From Scenedesmus sp. PABB004 (Eukaryota), in the NCBI GenBank assembly GCA_014905635.1, contig JABVCE010000024.1, forward strand, positions 248,001-312,000: a stretch of 64,000 nt of DNA, read 5' to 3'. A program made the translations under genes and the position numbers. Below the pieces are notes generated by a model. The model saw nothing but the letters and a program-made list of their open reading frames with translations, did not search any database and was not told where the DNA came from. Positions 59,289 through 64,000 of the stretch are shown here, in pieces (position 1 is the stretch's first letter; each line of letters starts with the position of its first letter).

Positions 59289-62200
59289 TCAGTTCATGAC
59301 GACCGGCTGGCAGGCCTTGTACTCGGGGAACGCTTGGCTCGCCACGCAGCGGAAGCCCTCCGCGCAGTGCTCGTCGGCCTCGCAGTAGCAGCTGCGGTCG
59401 AGCTGGCAGCGCGGCTTGAGCGCGTAGCCCGTGCCCGCCGCCATGCGCGCCCAGAGCTCCGGCTCAAACACGCGCTCCGGGTCGTACCTGCGTGCGCGTG
59501 GGGTGGGTGGGAGGGAGGGGGCGCGTGTGGGTGTGCGGGGGTGGGGGTGAGAAAGAGCGCAGGGATGCGGCGCGTCAAGTAAAAACCTCCCAGCCAGGCA
59601 GCCACAAACAGCCGCAAACGCAAGCGCGGCACACTTGTCCTGCATCGCGACCATCTGCTTGAACGCGTCGCCAAACTTGGCCGGCACGGGGCAGCGCGGG
59701 TTGGTGAACGTCCTGCGTGCGGCGGGCGGCGCAGCGGTGCGGGTGAGCAACAAGCCGGCAGCTGCAGCGCGGCGAGGGCCGCGCCGCATGCCAGCGCGCC
59801 GCGCTGCGCCCGGGCGCAGCGTGTCCCTGCGTCATGGATAGCGCGTCACCTGTCCCAGTTCTTGCCGGCGTGGGGCCGGCCGTCGTACTTGCAGAGCGTG
59901 AGCTGCTCGTAGGTCTCCTGGATCCACTCGTAGCGACTGGGCACGCCGGGCGTGCCCTTGCTCGCGAGCATTTGTTGCTGCGCGGGGGTTGAGGGGGTTG
60001 ATGTTGAGGGTTTGGGGCAGGGGGGACGGGCGGCGCGGCGGCGGTGAGCTTAGGCGTGAGACCCGTGAGCCGCGGCGGCTGGCAAGCAAGGCGAGCGAGG
60101 GTGCGGCAGGGGTGCGAGGGGGCGCGACGGGGGCGCGCGCGGCGCGCGCCCCCCACCCACCTGCACGTAGACGGGCTGCTTGAGCCCGGCGCCGTAGCCG
60201 ACGAGCGACTCCGTGGGCGCGCCGAAGCGCATGACGTAATACCCCGGCAGCAGGCAGCTGCGGCGATGACGGGCGCGGGGCGGTGGGCACACGGCGCCCG
60301 CGCGCTCTCTCGCGGCCGCCGCCCCCAGCCCTCAACCCTAAGCCCCAAGCCCTCACCGCGTGTAGGCGCCCCAGCCGGGGATGCCGCGCAGGTCCTCCCG
60401 GATGAGCTTCTTGATGTCCGCCACCCACTCGGCAAGGCGGGGGCGCTCAAACGCAAACATGACGTCCTGCGGGGTTCAGGGAATTAGGGAAGACGGAGCG
60501 GGGCCGGAGAGGGTGTGAGGCGGTGGGAGGGGCAGGGAGGTGGGAGGCGGCCGGTGGCGATGCCCACGCGCAGCGTGCAGCACGGCGCAAAAAGAGCACA
60601 GCGCGCGTCACAGCGCACAGCGCGCAGCGCGCGCACCAGGGCGGTGGCCATGAGCTTCTTGGACACAAACGCGCAGCGGTCGCCGCACTCGGTGCTCGTC
60701 ACGTGCGTCGTCGGCGCGACGCCCTCGTACACGGGCGTGGGCAGGCCGAGGTGCGAGAGCGGGCCGGGCTTGGTCACCCACGGCGCGCCGATCGCACTCG
60801 TGAGGGCGAGCGTGCAGATGGAGGTGTCAAAGCCTGGAGGGTGTTCGTTGGGGGGGGGGGCACAGGCGGGGGCGGGGCGGGGCCAGGGTGGTCAGCGGCG
60901 TCGAGGTCGGGGGAGAAAGCAGCGCGTCGGCAACCAGGCAGGCGTGCACAGCGTGCGTGAGCGAGCCAGTCATCGTTTGAGCGCCCCCCGCGCCGCCCGC
61001 ACCCGCAAAGTACATCGCGTTTTTGTTGAACGGGTCGGCCTGCCACGCGCGCAGCAGCGGCCCGCTCACGCCCGCCTGCGCGTCGGTCTGCTGCGGGATG
61101 ACGTTGCAGCGCGCGTCCTTGATGGCGTGCGGGTCGTCCGCGTCGGCGGGGCGCTGGAGGTGCCCCGTGTACTTGCCGAGGTCGGGGCGCCACATGACGA
61201 CAAGGTTGGGCGTGATCTGCGTTGCGCGTGCATTGCGCATGCGGTGAGCGCGGTGGTGGTGAGCGTGATGGCGGCGCAGCGGCGAGTCTTGCTGCGGCCG
61301 TGGGCGCGCTTGCGTGTGCGCGCGTGCGGGTGTGGAGGGGGCGGCGCAGCAGCGGCGCGGCAGCGCCCGTCAGTGCGCTTGCCTTGAGCATCTCCTCCAC
61401 GTCGGCCGCGAGGTTGCTGTCGTCCTTGAGATACCACGTGCTGAAGTGGGTGTTGGTGTAGGGCGTGAGCTGCAGCGTGAGCTCCGCGATCGTCCCCAGC
61501 AGCCCCAGGCCGCCGCACATCGCGATCGCCTCGGGCGAGCCCTGCGCGCGGCCGCGCCGGCCGCGCCGGCGGCGTCGGCGGCGCGCTGCGCGCCGCGCGC
61601 TGCGGCGGCCGGCCGCAGCGCGCGCACCTTGGGGCTGACGTGCACGTCGCCCTTGGCGTCGACCCACGTGACGTCCACGAACCAGTCGCACTGCGGCGGC
61701 GGGGTTGAGGCGGCCAGGGCGGCGCGGTGTGTCAGGGCGCGGCCGGCCGGCGGCGTGCAGCCCCGCGCCCGCCCGCGCCGCGCGCGGCGAGCCCCCCCCC
61801 TCTTACAATCATGTGCGTCACGTTGTTGCCGGTGCCGTGCGACGCCGTCGCAAACACGCCGGCGAGCGTGAGCCCCTGGCGCGCGCGGCGGGCGCGGGGT
61901 CAACCAACAGCGCTGCCGGCGCGCGCGCCGCGCGGGGTCGCGGCGGCGCCGCGGCCGCCGCCGCACCTGCCACCAGGGCAGCGAGCTGCGCGGCGTGGAG
62001 AGGCCGGCGGCGTCGGCGGCGTCGTAGAGCACGTTCAGCGTCATCTGGGCCTGGACCTTGATGGTGCGCGCCTCCTTGTCGACCGACAGCACCTTGTTCA
62101 GCTTCTCAAGCATCAGCCTGTGTGTATACCATGGGGCGGCGGCGGCGGGCGCGGGCGCGAGGGTGGGGGCGGCGGTGGGTGTGTGCCTCTGTGCCTGTGG

Positions 62201-63004
62201 CCGGCGGCGAGCGGGCGCGGGCGGAGCGCGCGTGGCGGCGGGGCGGGGTGGGCGGCGGCGGGAGCAGCGCGCACCCGGCCACGAGCGGCGCCTTGCCGTC
62301 GACGGTGAAGGGGCTGGTCAGCGTGGGCTGGGGCGCGCACGCGAACGACGACATCGTCGCAAAGCCCGGCCGCGCGGGGCGCATGCGCAGCGGGCGGCCC
62401 TCGCGCGCCGCGCGCGCCCGGACGTCCTTAATCGCCGCAGCGAGCTGCTCGGTCGAGTCGGGCGTGATGAGCACGTCGGTCGGGCACGTCACGTGCTCCT
62501 GCGGGCGGCGCGCACGTGGGGTGGGGTGGGTGCGAGTGGCACGCCGCCGACGCGGGCCGCGGCGCGACCGGCACGCGCTCGGCGCCTCGCTGCGCGGCGC
62601 TCACGTAGGCGCCGCGGTAGCTGTTCTTGGGCACCGGCGGCGGCACGTAGAACGGCACCGCGTAGGGGTTGCCGGGCATCGGCACGCCCGCGGGGAAGAG
62701 CTTGCCATCTGCGGCGCGGCGCCGCGCGGCGCCGGCGGCGGCGGACGTCGCGCGGCGGCGGGCCGGGCGCTGCTGCGCGCGCGGCTAGCTGGCTGGGCGT
62801 CGCCCGAGCTGGCCGCGCCGCCAGGCGTCAGGCAGGGAGGGCGAGCGGTGGTCACGCGCCCGAGCCAGCAGCAGGGGCTGGCTGCTGCCACGCACCCGGG
62901 TCGGGCGGGAAGCTGAGGTCCAGGCGGAGCGGGTCGTCCTTCCCCGCGTGTGCCACCGCGGCCAGCGCCAGCAGCAGGGCCGCGGCCACGGCGGCGCGCG
63001 CCAT
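59289..63004 (-). CDS. Secreted L-gulonolactone-oxidase-like (plant GULLO/ALO type) FAD-linked oxidoreductase; multi-exon
   Basis: Signal peptide MARAAVAAALLLALAAVAHA. Motifs PDSTEQLAAAI, LEKLNKVLSVD, LPWWQ|GLTLAGVFATASHGTG, GLGLLGTIAELTLQL, YEQLTLCKYDGRPHAGKN, YDPERVFEP and a Cys-rich tail (CQLDRSCYCEADEHC). Confidence 0.88.
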
Positions 63005-63420
63005 CTCGGCGCGGACCCAAGCGCGGCAATCCCGAGCGCGGGCGCTGTGGTGGCGGGGGAGCGGGTTTATGGACTCGAGCAGCTTTGTGAGAGCACTAGC
63101 TATTTCAGGACGGCTCGGGACTGGCTGGGAAGGCCCCACGCGAGCCGGCACTCCGGCCGTCGCATCGCTGCGTGCACCCGGCTCAGCCGCGACACGCGGC
63201 TGCCGCGCAGGCGCGCGCGCCCCTCCGGCCAGCTGCTGCTGGCCATTGGCCATTGCTCGCGAGCAACCGTGGCCCGCGCCAGGCGCGCAGCGTGGCTGGC
63301 CGCAGCCGGCGGCGATGACGCGCGGCTGCGGCTGGCTGGCGGGTGGGGAGTGAGGCTGCTGCAGCCGCATCTGCGCACGGGGCTGCCGGCGGCGGCCACG
63401 GGTGTGGGGCAGCGGGCTCG

Positions 63421-63425
63421 TTACA
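63421..63425 (-). promoter_or_regulatory. Putative TGTAA polyadenylation signal of the ubiquitin gene
   Basis: ttaca on the + strand, about 265 nt downstream of the ubiquitin stop. Confidence 0.5.
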
Positions 63426-63688
63426 GCTCACGGGCGCGCGGCGCGGCAAGTGGGCGGCGCGAGCGCCGGCGGCGGGCCGCTGCGGGCAGCGGCCCACGCG
63501 CCGGCGGCGGCCGCCCGTTCCGGCTCTCCTCTCGGTCGCCGCTCAACGGGGGCGCCCCTCGTTCTGTACAGCGATCTCCCTGCCGCGCCGCGCTGCGCGA
63601 GCCCCGCAATCAGCGGGCCCGCTGGCGCGCGCGGCGCCGCCGGGCGGGCGCCGGCGCGAGCGGCGAACGCGCCGCTGCCGCCGGCCGC

Positions 63689-64000
<312 letters not shown>

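Overview
This is eukaryotic nuclear DNA, extremely GC-rich and intron-dense. It looks like a chlorophyte green alga (Sphaeropleales-like): GTGCG/GTGAG donors, GCAG acceptors, TTTAGGG telomere-type motifs and TGTAA poly(A) signals. Most long ORFs in the six-frame track are GC artefacts. I reconstructed 17 spliced genes by hand, 15 complete and 2 cut by the window edges. In order: papain-like C1A protease, FNR-like flavoenzyme, GH5 mannanase, plastid rhodanese, gamma-tocopherol methyltransferase, large ankyrin protein, PPR-SMR-cyclin, PAC2, RPA1, hevein-domain Gly/Pro-rich secreted protein, F-box/LRR, RBP45/47-like RRM protein, SRPBCC protein, TDBD-PHD(-B3-like) protein, Aurora-like kinase, GULLO-like FAD oxidase and the 3' end of a ubiquitin gene. 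Main points of interest: (1) a plastid FNR paralogue lacking the C-terminal Tyr and two NADP 2'-phosphate-binding residues, a candidate ferredoxin:NAD(H) reductase; (2) at least 12 AG|GC-donor introns; (3) telomere repeats inside introns, one flanked by a duplicated exon/intron junction; (4) a palindromic 36-bp tandem array with terminal inverted repeats; (5) a cryptic split B3-like domain behind a PHD finger; (6) a predicted myristoylated mannanase, a zinc-finger-less RPA1 and a His-less GULLO-like oxidase. CDS coordinates are gene spans including introns. Exon calls are manual and all family calls rest on motif recognition, not database searches.
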